Shown here: positions 1 through 9,842 of the stretch, piece after piece
Position numbering within the stretch: the first letter of the stretch is position 1
Layout of the letters: the number at the start of each line of letters is the position of its first letter
NCBI GenBank assembly: GCA_964457465.1
Contig: CAYWEJ010000001.1
Span: 17,991-81,990, forward strand
Length of the DNA stretch: 64,000 bases
Direction: 5' to 3'
From: an uncultured Gammaproteobacteria bacterium
Lineage (GTDB): Bacteria > Patescibacteriota > Microgenomatia > Levybacterales > UBA12049
Translations under genes and position numbers: made by a program
Notes under the pieces: model-generated
The model's database searches: none
Told to the model about the DNA's origin: nothing
What the model saw: the letters and a program-made list of their open reading frames with translations, nothing else

Positions 1-501
1 CATTTTGCCCAAGTTTATTTTTACCATTATCCGTTAGTTGGAAATATATTATCGTTTCCAAATAGAGCTGCAGCATCATATATTAAAAGAACTATCCATC
101 ACAAAAAAGTTGTTGCTCATGTCAGTAATCCACAGTTATGGGTAAGGGACTACTTTTTTTATACAAACACAATGAATAATTCTAACATACAGGAGATAAA
201 GCAAAAACTGAGAAATAAAGATTACAGTTTTAACAATCTTCAGTTCGTACAATGCACAGGCATTGTAGATGAAAAGAATGCTGTTGTGATTTATGAGGCA
301 TCCTGTACTCATAAATCACAACAAACTGCTCTTGAAATAGCACAATTGCGGGATAGTGCATCCGCATTTGAAATCTATAACGATTACTTATGTAAGCCAT
401 TTGGTCATAAAAGTTTTGTGTCATCAGTCCCACTCAAGAATTTGCATGTTGAGACAATTGAAGATAAGGAATTTTGTGAAACCTTTGTTATACAGTTGTA
501 A
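1..501 (+). CDS. hypothetical protein, probably 5'-truncated by the window edge (an internal ATG at 172 is an alternative start)
   Basis: Frame 1 has no stop codon from position 1 to the TAA at 499-501. The ORF track starts it at ATG 172. No recognisable domain. Convergent with the minus-strand gene that ends at 488. Confidence 0.3.
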   Translation, partial: HFAQVYFYHYPLVGNILSFPNRAAASYIKRTIHHKKVVAHVSNPQLWVRDYFFYTNTMNNSNIQEIKQKLRNKDYSFNNLQFVQCTGIVDEKNAVVIYEASCTHKSQQTALEIAQLRDSASAFEIYNDYLCKPFGHKSFVSSVPLKNLHVETIEDKEFCETFVIQL

Positions 502-2095
502 CTTTTTTCTTAAAGAAAAAAAGTATTGTCATAAAAAGTGATGCAACTGATATAAAATTAGAAATCATTCTAATTTTAGTCTCTTTAAATGCAATTTTTA
601 CTGCATGATTCCCTTCATTTATGCTGAAAGTAATTAATCCTTGATGATGCGGATCTTGAAATTGTATTGGTGTATTTTCGTTGTCAACATAAGCAGTCCA
701 ACCTGGGAAATAAAGAGTATTGTCTAATACTGTTATTTTTGTTGATGATTTCACATCAAAAGTATGAACGGTCGATAATCGTTGATAATTACTTACTTCC
801 CCTTCCCCTTCGATTATTTCAATTGGAGATTTGAATTTCTTTTCTGGGTCACCTGGTGACCAAATAGGAGTTGCTTCAGCACGAAATGTACTACTTCCTT
901 TATATGATTGGTAATACGTGTCGCTGTGTGTCGAACTTGGGAGCACTTTTATAAAAGGGAGGGCATATGCTGCTGAAAAAAGAGTAATAACAAAGAAAAA
1001 TTTCACTGACATTTTTTTATATAAGTGTACAAACAACATACAAGAAGCAATTGTCGGATAAAACATAAATCTCCATGGAAATTGAAATTTTTTGATAAAA
1101 TCACTTTTTTCCCAGATAAAATTTGATGCTTGCACGCTGAGAAATATCCCTCCTATAAAAATAAGGATCCAGAACAGAATTTGCACGTTCTTTTTAATAC
1201 CTTTTTTTATCAAGATAAAAGTACTTACTATCATGAGGAGCACTGCAGGAATTCCGATTTGGGCTGAGAGCCCTCCTATTTTGTTGATATCGTCGTCAAA
1301 TCCCCATGGAGAATAAATAAGGTGTAACAATGGAGCAAAGTGATCTTTGTACATATCTTTGTAAAAAATAAGAAAACTTGTGTATTTTGACTCAAGTAAG
1401 GAGGGTATCCAGAAGTAGGATGAAATACCAAGGCCTAAGATAATTACCGGGATCCATGAGGATAATGGATACTTCTTAAGTAGACAGTAGACTATAAAAA
1501 CAGGAGTGATCATAAGGCTTATTCCATTATGCGAGAGTAAGATTAGGCCAAAAGTAAGTGATCCTAGTATCGGCCTTTGCTTTTTAGCGTCAACTGAATA
1601 GAGCAATAGAGGGATAAGACTGAAAGCTAAAATTTCACCAATTGACCCTCTGACAAAAGTAGTTAAAAAACGGTACGGAAGTACAGTAGAAAAAATTGTT
1701 GCTAAGAACGCAAAATTTTTATCTGTAACTTCTTTTGCCCAAATAAACCAAAATAGTGGGCCAATTATAAAGGATAAACTGAGAAAAAAAATATATGCCT
1801 GCTCCAAACTTAGTCCAAGCATATGAAGTATTGCTGTGGCATAGCCTGCAAGGGGATAAAAAACAAGAAAAATTGGTGAGCCATATCCATAATTTAGTTC
1901 ATCAGCCCATCTTGGCGGGAACTGTCCTGCAAGGAATGCGTGTACGTAAGCATTTTCTCTTATTATATGTACAAATCCATCGTGTGTGATAAAAAAAGGA
2001 TGTATATAAATAGGCAAGAGCATGAGGAGTGAGATGCTAAGAATTATGAGAACGAGCATCTTATCAGAGAGATGAGTAAGCGAGCGCATATACAT
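488..2095 (-). CDS. polytopic membrane protein, YfhO-like (GT-C-type glycosyltransferase candidate)
   Basis: 535 aa with many hydrophobic helices. The C-terminal beta-rich domain '...TVLDNTLYFPGWTAYVDNE...' is followed by a C-terminal TM anchor. The same x-Y-x-P-x-W...V(D/N)G motif recurs in 7623-9842, 36344-39694 and 40050-41951. The family assignment is from memory of YfhO C-termini. Confidence 0.45.
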   Translation of the reverse strand: MYMRSLTHLSDKMLVLIILSISLLMLLPIYIHPFFITHDGFVHIIRENAYVHAFLAGQFPPRWADELNYGYGSPIFLVFYPLAGYATAILHMLGLSLEQAYIFFLSLSFIIGPLFWFIWAKEVTDKNFAFLATIFSTVLPYRFLTTFVRGSIGEILAFSLIPLLLYSVDAKKQRPILGSLTFGLILLSHNGISLMITPVFIVYCLLKKYPLSSWIPVIILGLGISSYFWIPSLLESKYTSFLIFYKDMYKDHFAPLLHLIYSPWGFDDDINKIGGLSAQIGIPAVLLMIVSTFILIKKGIKKNVQILFWILIFIGGIFLSVQASNFIWEKSDFIKKFQFPWRFMFYPTIASCMLFVHLYKKMSVKFFFVITLFSAAYALPFIKVLPSSTHSDTYYQSYKGSSTFRAEATPIWSPGDPEKKFKSPIEIIEGEGEVSNYQRLSTVHTFDVKSSTKITVLDNTLYFPGWTAYVDNENTPIQFQDPHHQGLITFSINEGNHAVKIAFKETKIRMISNFISVASLFMTILFFFKKKVTTV

Positions 2096-2164
2096 AATTT
2101 TATCGATTTTCCCTCTTGGTGTACAGATGACAATCGTGCAAAATAGATAGAGAATGTTTGCATT

Positions 2165-2905
2165 TTGTGTATAATAAATACTGTGAAATTATCAATTATT
2201 ATTCCAGCATATAACGAGGAAAAGACAATCACATCAATTTTGGAAGAGGTGCAAAATGTCAAAATCGACTCAGTAGATAAAGAAATAATTGTAGTCAATG
2301 ATCACTCAACCGACAGTACATCTAAAATTTTGGAAAAAATAGCCAAAACTAATTCTGCAATTAAAGTTTTTAGCCACGAAATTAATAAAGGAAAGGGTGC
2401 AGCAGTAAGAACCGGTTTTGAAAAAGCAACTGGTGACTATGTGGTCATCCAAGATGCAGATATGGAGTATAGTCCAAGCTATCTTGTTAGTTTATTAAAA
2501 CCAATCGTTTCTGGAGAAGCTCAGGTAGTTTTTGGAACAAGGCTTAGGGAAATCCCTGACTTAGAAGGGCATGGAACAATGTCAAAGACCCGTTTCCTTT
2601 TACACTTTTTTGGAAATAGATTTTTAAGTCTGATTACAAGCATTCTTTACTTCCAATGGATAACAGATATGGAGACATGCTACAAGATCTTCCCACGTAT
2701 TTTTTTAGAAAAAGCAAATTTGTCAGGTGAAGGTTTTAATTTTGAGCCAGAAATTACAGCAAAACTTATTAAGGCAGGCTATAAGATAGTTGAATTACCA
2801 ATTAAGACAAAGCCACGAGGTTATAACGAAGGAAAAAAACTACAAACATTTCCAGAGGGTTTTATCGCTCTGTGGACTCTTTTTAAGTACCGGTTCGTAA
2901 ATTAG
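2165..2905 (+). CDS. GT2 polyprenol-phosphate sugar synthase, Dpm1/GtrB-like (soluble form); true start probably GTG 2183 (MKLSIIIPAYNEE...)
   Basis: Contains IIIPAYNEE, 'VVNDHSTDST', 'IQDADMEY' (DXD) and 'DMETCYKIFPR' (D-x-x-C-G/Y-x-K motif of the Dpm1/GtrB/ArnC family). Its stop is one nucleotide before the start of an ArnT/PMT-like gene. Confidence 0.7.
   Translation: MCIINTVKLSIIIPAYNEEKTITSILEEVQNVKIDSVDKEIIVVNDHSTDSTSKILEKIAKTNSAIKVFSHEINKGKGAAVRTGFEKATGDYVVIQDADMEYSPSYLVSLLKPIVSGEAQVVFGTRLREIPDLEGHGTMSKTRFLLHFFGNRFLSLITSILYFQWITDMETCYKIFPRIFLEKANLSGEGFNFEPEITAKLIKAGYKIVELPIKTKPRGYNEGKKLQTFPEGFIALWTLFKYRFVN
2167..2175 (+). promoter_or_regulatory. extended -10 element (TGtgTATAAT) about 7 nt upstream of the in-frame GTG at 2183; putative leaderless promoter
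   Basis: Read directly: tgtgtataat. It lies inside the N-terminal extension that the ORF track assigns from TTG 2165. Confidence 0.35.
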
Positions 2906-2906
2906 T

Positions 2907-4586
2907 ATGTCAAAAGTGCTCGATTTTATTACAGAATGGTCGATTGGTATCTTAATAGCATTATTTCTATTAGCATCTTTTCTAAGATTGAATAGCCTTG
3001 ACCAAATCCCTGTTGGGCTCCACGCTGATGAAGCATACTTTGGATATAATGCTTACTCGATTGCTCAGACGCTAAGAGATGCTACTGGTAATTTTTTACC
3101 CATACATCTCCAGTCATTTTTATATAGCCCAGCAGGCTATTCATACATTGTTATTCCGAGTATGTATATTTTTGATCTCACGCCATTTGCAGTAAGATTG
3201 CCAGGGGTAATTTTTGGAATAGCAACGGTGGTTTTTTCATACTTTTTTGTCATGAAGCTATGCAAAAGCTTAAAATATAGCAAGCTTTTAGGACTCGCAG
3301 TCTGTGCGCTCCTTGCTATCTCTCCTTGGCATATCAATCTATCCCGAGCGTCAGCAGAGAATGTTGTCGTAGTTTTTCTTATAATGTGCGGTGTTTATTT
3401 TTACATTAAATGGGTCGACAAGCAGAAGAATTTGTTCATCATTCTTTCATTGGTTTTTTTCATAACGACATACTTTTTTTATCAAGCTCCTAGGGCTTTT
3501 CTTCCTCTTTTCTTACCAATTCTCTTTTTACTTTATAGACCAAGAGTCTCATTGAGAAAAGTTCTCATTATGGTAGGGCTATATGTATTTTGCATAGCTC
3601 TTCCTGTGTTTTTGATAATTTCATCTGACACTCTTTCGTATAGATTAAAAATGCTTTCTGTATTTAATTCCCCTAGAACAAATGCATTACTTTTTGAATC
3701 AATCACAGAGGACGGACATAGGCAGAGTCCAGTCCTGGAAGTCAGACTATTTCATAACAAAGTTGCAGGATATGCATCAGAGATATTTAGTGGCTATATG
3801 AAATATTTTTCGTATGACTTTTTATTTACAGACCAAAACTTTCCAGACAGGTATCGAGTTCCAAACATGGGCTTGCTTTACATTTTTGAATTACCATTTC
3901 TTATTGCTGGAATATACTTTATTTTTAGATATCGTGAGAAATTTGGGTATCTTTCTTTAGCTTGGGTTGCAATAGGCTTTATTGGTGCGTCTTTGACCTA
4001 CGATGATATCCCAAACCTTCAGAGAACCATTATTGTTTTTCCAGCACTGCATATTATTATTGGCTATGGAGTAATTAATGTATTCAGGTTTACCCCCAGG
4101 AAATATTTGCCTGCTTTTGGGATCATTTTTTCTTTAGTCGTACTATATTTCTTTAGCTATTATCTTCATCAATATTATGTTCATCAATTTGTTCGTAAGC
4201 CAATTTATCGTCAGCAGGGTTACAAAGAGCTTGTAGAGTCTTTGCAAATTGAGATTCCAAACTACAAGAGTTTTAATATTACTTCAAATGAATCGTCTCC
4301 ACTTATTATGTTTCTTTTTTACCTAAAATATGATCCGAAAGTATTTCAAAAATTTATTACAACTCAAAAACATAATTATCTTACAGAAGACTTTGGAAAA
4401 ATTAGTTTTGATCGATATAATTTTGTTCCCGAGGAATGCCCAAGTCATAAAAATACTGATCCGCTCATACTTTCTGTAGATTTAGGAAGATGCGGGGTGT
4501 CTGATAAAAAAAACATTGTCAAAGAAATCACCAGAAGCGATGGAAGTGTTGTTTTTAGGATTGTCAAGACAAATCGTAAGGAATAA
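2907..4586 (+). CDS. ArnT/PMT-like GT-C glycosyltransferase (GT39/GT83-like), paralog 1
   Basis: 559 aa. N-terminal TM followed by a loop with 'GLHADEAYFGYNAYSI' (acidic DE motif), then 'AISPWHINLSRASAENV', many TMs, and a C-terminal soluble domain 'LFYLKYDPKVFQKF'. Three paralogs at 10758-15715 share all of these. Confidence 0.65.
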   Translation: MSKVLDFITEWSIGILIALFLLASFLRLNSLDQIPVGLHADEAYFGYNAYSIAQTLRDATGNFLPIHLQSFLYSPAGYSYIVIPSMYIFDLTPFAVRLPGVIFGIATVVFSYFFVMKLCKSLKYSKLLGLAVCALLAISPWHINLSRASAENVVVVFLIMCGVYFYIKWVDKQKNLFIILSLVFFITTYFFYQAPRAFLPLFLPILFLLYRPRVSLRKVLIMVGLYVFCIALPVFLIISSDTLSYRLKMLSVFNSPRTNALLFESITEDGHRQSPVLEVRLFHNKVAGYASEIFSGYMKYFSYDFLFTDQNFPDRYRVPNMGLLYIFELPFLIAGIYFIFRYREKFGYLSLAWVAIGFIGASLTYDDIPNLQRTIIVFPALHIIIGYGVINVFRFTPRKYLPAFGIIFSLVVLYFFSYYLHQYYVHQFVRKPIYRQQGYKELVESLQIEIPNYKSFNITSNESSPLIMFLFYLKYDPKVFQKFITTQKHNYLTEDFGKISFDRYNFVPEECPSHKNTDPLILSVDLGRCGVSDKKNIVKEITRSDGSVVFRIVKTNRKE

Positions 4587-4590
4587 AAAC

Positions 4591-5505
4591 ATGAAAAAAG
4601 TTGTTATTTCAATATTAGATTATAACGGGCAAGACAAGACAAATGCATGTTTAAAATCTCTTGAAGGACTTAGTCTTCCAGATATATCGCTTCGAGTTCT
4701 TGTTATTGATAACTATCCTGAGGGAAAATTTGTTTTGACTGCGAAATTACCTAAGCTTACAGTTGATATTATTAAGACTAAAGAAAATAAGGGTTTTGCG
4801 GGAGGACATAATGTTGGCTTTGATTTTGCAATGAAAAATGGAGCAGACTACGTTATTATTCTGAACAATGATACCTTTGTTGATAAAAACCTTGTTAAAG
4901 AGTTAGTAAGCTCAGCAGAAGAAGATAATAATAGAGGTGCAATTGTCCCAAAAATCTATTTTGCAAAAGGCCATGAATATCACAAAGATGCATACAAAAC
5001 AAATGAACTAGGAAAAGTATTTTGGTATGCTGGAGGAAATATCGATTGGGATAACATTAATGGTGTTCATCGTGGTGTTGATCAAGTTGATAGAGGCCAA
5101 TACAACACTGAAGAAGAGACCGAGCTCCTTACTGGATGCTGTGTGCTTTTTACCGCTGAGGTATTACGAAAAACGAAAGGATTTGATGAAAGATATTTTC
5201 TGTATTACGAAGATGCTGATCTAAATGAGCGACTCAAGGCTCTTGGCTATATCGTTTGGTATAACCCTAAGGCAGTCTTGTGGCACATTAATGCAGGTTC
5301 AACGGGAGGGTCTGGTTCAAAACTTCAAGACTATTTTATAAGCAGAAATCGTATGCTTTTTGGATCTAAATTTGCGAGAACAAGAACAAAAATTGCGCTT
5401 CTGCGAGAGAGTATGAGAATACTTGCATCTGGACGAGAATGGCAAAAAAAAGGTGTGATAGATTTTTATAAAAGAAAATTTGGTAAAGGAAGTTTCGCTT
5501 TATGA
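4591..5505 (+). CDS. GT2 family glycosyltransferase
   Basis: In-frame ATG 5 nt after the upstream stop. Contains 'VVISILDYNGQDKT', 'IDNYPEG', 'YYEDADL' (DXD) and a long C-terminal region typical of GT2 rhamnosyl-/galactosyl-transferase-like proteins. Confidence 0.7.
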   Translation: MKKVVISILDYNGQDKTNACLKSLEGLSLPDISLRVLVIDNYPEGKFVLTAKLPKLTVDIIKTKENKGFAGGHNVGFDFAMKNGADYVIILNNDTFVDKNLVKELVSSAEEDNNRGAIVPKIYFAKGHEYHKDAYKTNELGKVFWYAGGNIDWDNINGVHRGVDQVDRGQYNTEEETELLTGCCVLFTAEVLRKTKGFDERYFLYYEDADLNERLKALGYIVWYNPKAVLWHINAGSTGGSGSKLQDYFISRNRMLFGSKFARTRTKIALLRESMRILASGREWQKKGVIDFYKRKFGKGSFAL

Positions 5506-6251
5506 ATGATAAGATTACAGCCGTAATAATTGCAAAAAATGAAGAGGAGATGATAGGAGATTGCCTGAGATCTCTCTCATTTTGTGATGCTCTCATCGTT
5601 GTTGATAATTCGTCTAGTGATAATACAGTGGGAATTGCAAAAAAGGTGGGTGCGAAAATAATTACTGTTAAATCAGATAATCTTTCAGAATTGAGAAGCG
5701 CACCTTTAAAAAAAATATCAACAGAGTATGTGCTCTATATAGATGCAGATGAACGAGTAACAAAAGAGCTTGCAGATGAGATACTCGGAACTATCTCATC
5801 AGGAACAGATGTTGTAGCATTTTACCTTTTTCGTCAAAATTATTATTTTGGCAACCATCCATGGCCTAAAAAAGAGCGACTTGAGCGATTGTTTAAGACA
5901 GAAGCATTAAAAGGTTGGAGAGGGATTCTTCACGAATCACCTATTTTTTTGGGAGAAACAGGTGAATTTAGAAATCCATTACTTCACTATACTCATAGGA
6001 ATTTTTCCTCAATGGTGACAAAGACAAATGACTGGTCAGTAAAGGAAGCTGAGTTAAGATTTCAAGCTCATCATCCACCTATGAGTTGGTGGAGATTTCC
6101 ACGTGTGATGATAGGCGCATTTTTCCAATCGTATATCGGAAGCCAAGGCTACAAAGCGGGAATGGTCGGATTATTAGAAAGTATATATCAGGCTTTTAGT
6201 ATGTTTGTTACATACGCTAAATTATGGGAGCTGCAACAGAGAGAAAAGTAG
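5502..6251 (+). CDS. GT2 family glycosyltransferase (short WaaE/KdtX-like type)
   Basis: 'ITAVIIAKNEEEMIGDCL', 'IVVDNSSSDNTVGIAKKVGAKII' and 'YIDADERV'. ATGA overlap with the upstream gene. A paralog lies at 19556-20323. Confidence 0.7.
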   Translation: MNDKITAVIIAKNEEEMIGDCLRSLSFCDALIVVDNSSSDNTVGIAKKVGAKIITVKSDNLSELRSAPLKKISTEYVLYIDADERVTKELADEILGTISSGTDVVAFYLFRQNYYFGNHPWPKKERLERLFKTEALKGWRGILHESPIFLGETGEFRNPLLHYTHRNFSSMVTKTNDWSVKEAELRFQAHHPPMSWWRFPRVMIGAFFQSYIGSQGYKAGMVGLLESIYQAFSMFVTYAKLWELQQREK

Positions 6252-6252
6252 C

Positions 6253-6492
6253 TTATTTAGAAGACTTTTTTAGTAGTTTTTTCCAGGATTTTATCTCTTC
6301 AATTGTTAACCTCTTTTTTGCAAATTTAAAAAGATAGATAATTTCAATAATTCCGATTGTGTTTATCACAAGAACTGCAACAAACCATATTTTTTGGTCA
6401 TTTTTACTTGCTCTCCATAGTGCAATCCCCTTCCAAACAAGTGACCAAAGTCCAATTATATAAAACCAGAACGGATAATTTACTGACGGCAT
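6253..6492 (-). CDS. small two-TM membrane protein of unknown function
   Basis: 79 aa: two hydrophobic helices with W/K-rich flanks and a Lys-rich tail. It is the only minus-strand ORF inside a + strand operon and fills a 295-bp gap. Confidence 0.3.
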   Translation of the reverse strand: MPSVNYPFWFYIIGLWSLVWKGIALWRASKNDQKIWFVAVLVINTIGIIEIIYLFKFAKKRLTIEEIKSWKKLLKKSSK

Positions 6493-6546
6493 ACAGCTAT
6501 CCTATCATAGGTACTCAAGAAATGCAAAACTTGTTACAATAGAAAT

Positions 6547-7626
6547 ATGAAGATAGCAATTTTCGATCCATATCTGAATACAATGTCGGGAGGAGAGAAG
6601 TATATGTTGTCTCTTGCGTTTTGTTTAAAGGAGGCACATGACGTCTCAATCATGTGGGATAAGTCACCAAAAGATGAGATAGTATCTCTTGCACGAAAAA
6701 GATTCTCATATAATCTTGAAGAATTTACATTTGTGTCTTCGATTTTCACCTCACAATTATCTATGCTTGATAGATATAGAAAAAGTAAGGAATATGATGT
6801 CGTTATCTATCTAAGTGATGGGAGTATCCCAGTTTTAGCATGTAGTCTTATTATTCATTTTCAGTCCCCTATGCTTTGGGTGCGAGGTAGGAGTATAAAA
6901 AATAGACTCAAACTAAAAAAAGCAAAAGATATAATATGCAATTCTAGATTCACCAAAAAATACATTGATAAATCATTTGGAGTTAATAGCACTGTTTTGT
7001 ATCCGCCGGTATTGCTTCAAGGATCAGTGAGTAATAAAAAAGAGAATCTCATTCTAAATGTAGGTAGATTCGGAATTAACCATGCTGGGTCAAGCTACAA
7101 GAAACAAGACGTTTTAGCTCAGGCTTTTGAAAAAATGGCAAAAGAGAATAACACGAAAGATTGGAGATTAGTTTTTATTATGAGCACTTTGGAGCAGGAT
7201 AGAGATGCTCTTGATGATTTTATTACAAAGTATAAAAAAAATAATATGGATTTTGTCATTAATCCTGATAACGATACATTATGGGAATATTATAGAAAAG
7301 CTAAAATTTATTGGCATGGAGCTGGATATGGCGAAGATGTCGACTTACATCCTGATCGAGCAGAACATTTCGGCATTTCAACAGTTGAAGCTATGGGAAT
7401 GGGGGCAGTGCCTGTTGTGTTTAGCGCTGGAGGTCAAAAAGAAATAGTTGATCATCAGGTAAATGGTATACTGTGGAGTACGCTAGATGAGTTAGAGCGA
7501 TACACTCTTGATCTTATGGAGAGTCAAGAACTCTTGGACAAGTTGTCAAAAAAGTCGATTATAGATGCTCAAAAGTATTCACTTGACTCATTCTGTCAGC
7601 ATATTAATGAAATAATCAGACAATGA
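6547..7626 (+). CDS. GT4 family glycosyltransferase
   Basis: N-terminal 'MKIAIFDPY...SGGEKYM' and C-terminal 'FGISTVEAMGMGAVPVVFSAGGQKEIV' (GT4 E-x7-E region). Confidence 0.7.
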   Translation: MKIAIFDPYLNTMSGGEKYMLSLAFCLKEAHDVSIMWDKSPKDEIVSLARKRFSYNLEEFTFVSSIFTSQLSMLDRYRKSKEYDVVIYLSDGSIPVLACSLIIHFQSPMLWVRGRSIKNRLKLKKAKDIICNSRFTKKYIDKSFGVNSTVLYPPVLLQGSVSNKKENLILNVGRFGINHAGSSYKKQDVLAQAFEKMAKENNTKDWRLVFIMSTLEQDRDALDDFITKYKKNNMDFVINPDNDTLWEYYRKAKIYWHGAGYGEDVDLHPDRAEHFGISTVEAMGMGAVPVVFSAGGQKEIVDHQVNGILWSTLDELERYTLDLMESQELLDKLSKKSIIDAQKYSLDSFCQHINEIIRQ

Positions 7627-9842
7627 AAAAAGATAAGATTTGGATTGCTCTTTTTTTATTCGCTGTATTAGCTTTTTTTCATCCCTTGCTCTCAAGCAAA
7701 GTCCCGATCCCTACTGATGTATTAGTAAACTTCTTTTATCCATTAAGGGATTCATATACAACTGAATACCCAAGAGGAGTCCCCTATAAGAACCCACTTA
7801 TAAGTGATCCTGTTACTCAACAAATTCCATGGAGAGCCCTCTCTGTAGATCTCATCAAAAGCGGACAGTTGCCTTTATGGAACCCATATCAAATGGCAGG
7901 ATACCCACTATTTCAAAATATTCAAAGTGCATCATTCTATATTTTTAATATTTTCTTCTTTATTTTTCCATTTATTGAGTCGTGGTCTCTATACATAATT
8001 TTAGAAGTTGTGTTAGCAGGAATTTTTATGTATTTATACTTGAGAAATCAGAATCTTTCTGCTGCTGCCGCGTTTTTTGGTGGGATTACTTTTTCATTTT
8101 CAGGTTTTTTTATATCTTGGTTAGAGTGGGGAACAATTGGACACACAGCGCTCTGGGCTCCACTTATGTTGTTAAGCGTTGATCGATTTCTTACATCAAG
8201 AAGGCTCTATTGGCTTGTGATTTTAGTATTTTCTCTTGCTTGCGCATTACTTGCTGGACATTTACAGACGTTCATTTATATTTTCTTGACTCTTTGTGGT
8301 TATATAATATACCAGGCTATTTGTCATAAAAAAATAACTTCAATTTTTCCTGTTTTTCTATCTATCATATTATTTATTTTTATTACAGCAGTTTTATGGA
8401 TTCCACAGCTACAATTTGTTCTTCAATCAGCAAGGAATGTAGATCAGGATTGGCATAGAGCAGGATGGTTTATCCCAATTCAAAATATAGTGCAATTTAT
8501 AGGACCAAATTTTTTTGGTAATCCAGCAACAGGAAATTATTGGGGATTATGGAACTATGGTGAATTTGTTGGTTATGTTGGGATTGCGCCATTGCTTTTT
8601 GCCATCTTGGCCTTGTGGAAAAAAGTAAGCGGTTATCTTTTTTGGTTTGTATTACTTGCCTTTGTTTTTCTATTTGCTTATGACAATCCTATTTCGCATA
8701 TTCCTTTTCAGCTATCTTTACCATTTATTGCCTCAACCCAGCCGACGCGATTAATTTTTTTAGCAGATCTCGCATTAAGTATTTTAGCAGCAAAAGGTTT
8801 AGAAAATTTTATGAGAGAGAAAAAAAACATCCTTCAGCCATTTATTTTGTTCTCAATATTATTTTTAGGAATATTTCTTTATGGTTTTATAGGGGTAAAA
8901 CTGCAAGTAATTTCTGCTGAGAATTTTAGAATCGCGTTTAAAAATCTTATAGTTCCTTTCATCTTATTTTTTGCAATTACAAGCGTATTAATTGTTAAAA
9001 AATGCATCAAAAAAATTCATTCCAATATATTTGTAATTTTTATAATTTTTTTGACAGTATTTGACCTTTTGTATTTTGCTCAAAAATATACAGTATTTTC
9101 GAATAAAGAATATTTTTATCCGAAAACAAAGATAATTAATTATTTAACCTCACAAAAAGATATATTTAGAGTAATGACCACAGATAGAAGCATTCTACAT
9201 CCAAATATATCAACCTTTTATAGAATACAAAGCGTAGATGGCTACGACCCGCTTTATCTGCAGCGATTTGGTGAATTTATGACTGCAGTTGATAGAGATC
9301 TACCTGACATAAGTGGACCTTTTGGCTTTAACAGAATAGTCCACAAAGATTATAAAGAATCTTCATTTTATAATCTCCTTGGTGTGAAGTATATATTGTC
9401 GTTAACAGATATAACGGAAAAGAATCTACGAAAAGTTTATCAAGAAGGTGAGACAAGAGTATATGAGAACGTAAACGTTTTTCCAAGAGTATTTTTTGTA
9501 GGTAGTGTTAAAAAAGCGTCTAGTAAAAATGAAGCAATTACTATGCTCTTTGAGCATAAATCTGATCTTTATAAAACTGCGATAGTGGAGAATACGCATC
9601 TACAAGATACAAATTTTTCAATTGGTGAAGTGACTATTTTAAAGTATTCTGAGAACAAAATAGTCATTAAAACTAAAAACAATGGAGAAGGATTTTTGGT
9701 TCTGACAGATGCATATTATCCTTCGTGGTCAGTTAGTATCGATGGAAAGAAACAGACGATAGTTCTTACAGATTTTACGTTTAGAGGAGTGGTTGTCCCC
9801 AAAGGCGATCATAAGGTAGAATTCAAGAATAATCTTATATGA
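7623..9842 (+). CDS. YfhO-like polytopic membrane protein (GT-C-type candidate)
   Basis: 739 aa with about 13 or more TM helices. C-terminal domain 'FLVLTDAYYPSWSVSIDGKKQTI...FRGVVVPKGDHKVEFKN' carries the shared YfhO-like motif. ATGA overlap upstream. Confidence 0.5.
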   Translation: MKKDKIWIALFLFAVLAFFHPLLSSKVPIPTDVLVNFFYPLRDSYTTEYPRGVPYKNPLISDPVTQQIPWRALSVDLIKSGQLPLWNPYQMAGYPLFQNIQSASFYIFNIFFFIFPFIESWSLYIILEVVLAGIFMYLYLRNQNLSAAAAFFGGITFSFSGFFISWLEWGTIGHTALWAPLMLLSVDRFLTSRRLYWLVILVFSLACALLAGHLQTFIYIFLTLCGYIIYQAICHKKITSIFPVFLSIILFIFITAVLWIPQLQFVLQSARNVDQDWHRAGWFIPIQNIVQFIGPNFFGNPATGNYWGLWNYGEFVGYVGIAPLLFAILALWKKVSGYLFWFVLLAFVFLFAYDNPISHIPFQLSLPFIASTQPTRLIFLADLALSILAAKGLENFMREKKNILQPFILFSILFLGIFLYGFIGVKLQVISAENFRIAFKNLIVPFILFFAITSVLIVKKCIKKIHSNIFVIFIIFLTVFDLLYFAQKYTVFSNKEYFYPKTKIINYLTSQKDIFRVMTTDRSILHPNISTFYRIQSVDGYDPLYLQRFGEFMTAVDRDLPDISGPFGFNRIVHKDYKESSFYNLLGVKYILSLTDITEKNLRKVYQEGETRVYENVNVFPRVFFVGSVKKASSKNEAITMLFEHKSDLYKTAIVENTHLQDTNFSIGEVTILKYSENKIVIKTKNNGEGFLVLTDAYYPSWSVSIDGKKQTIVLTDFTFRGVVVPKGDHKVEFKNNLI

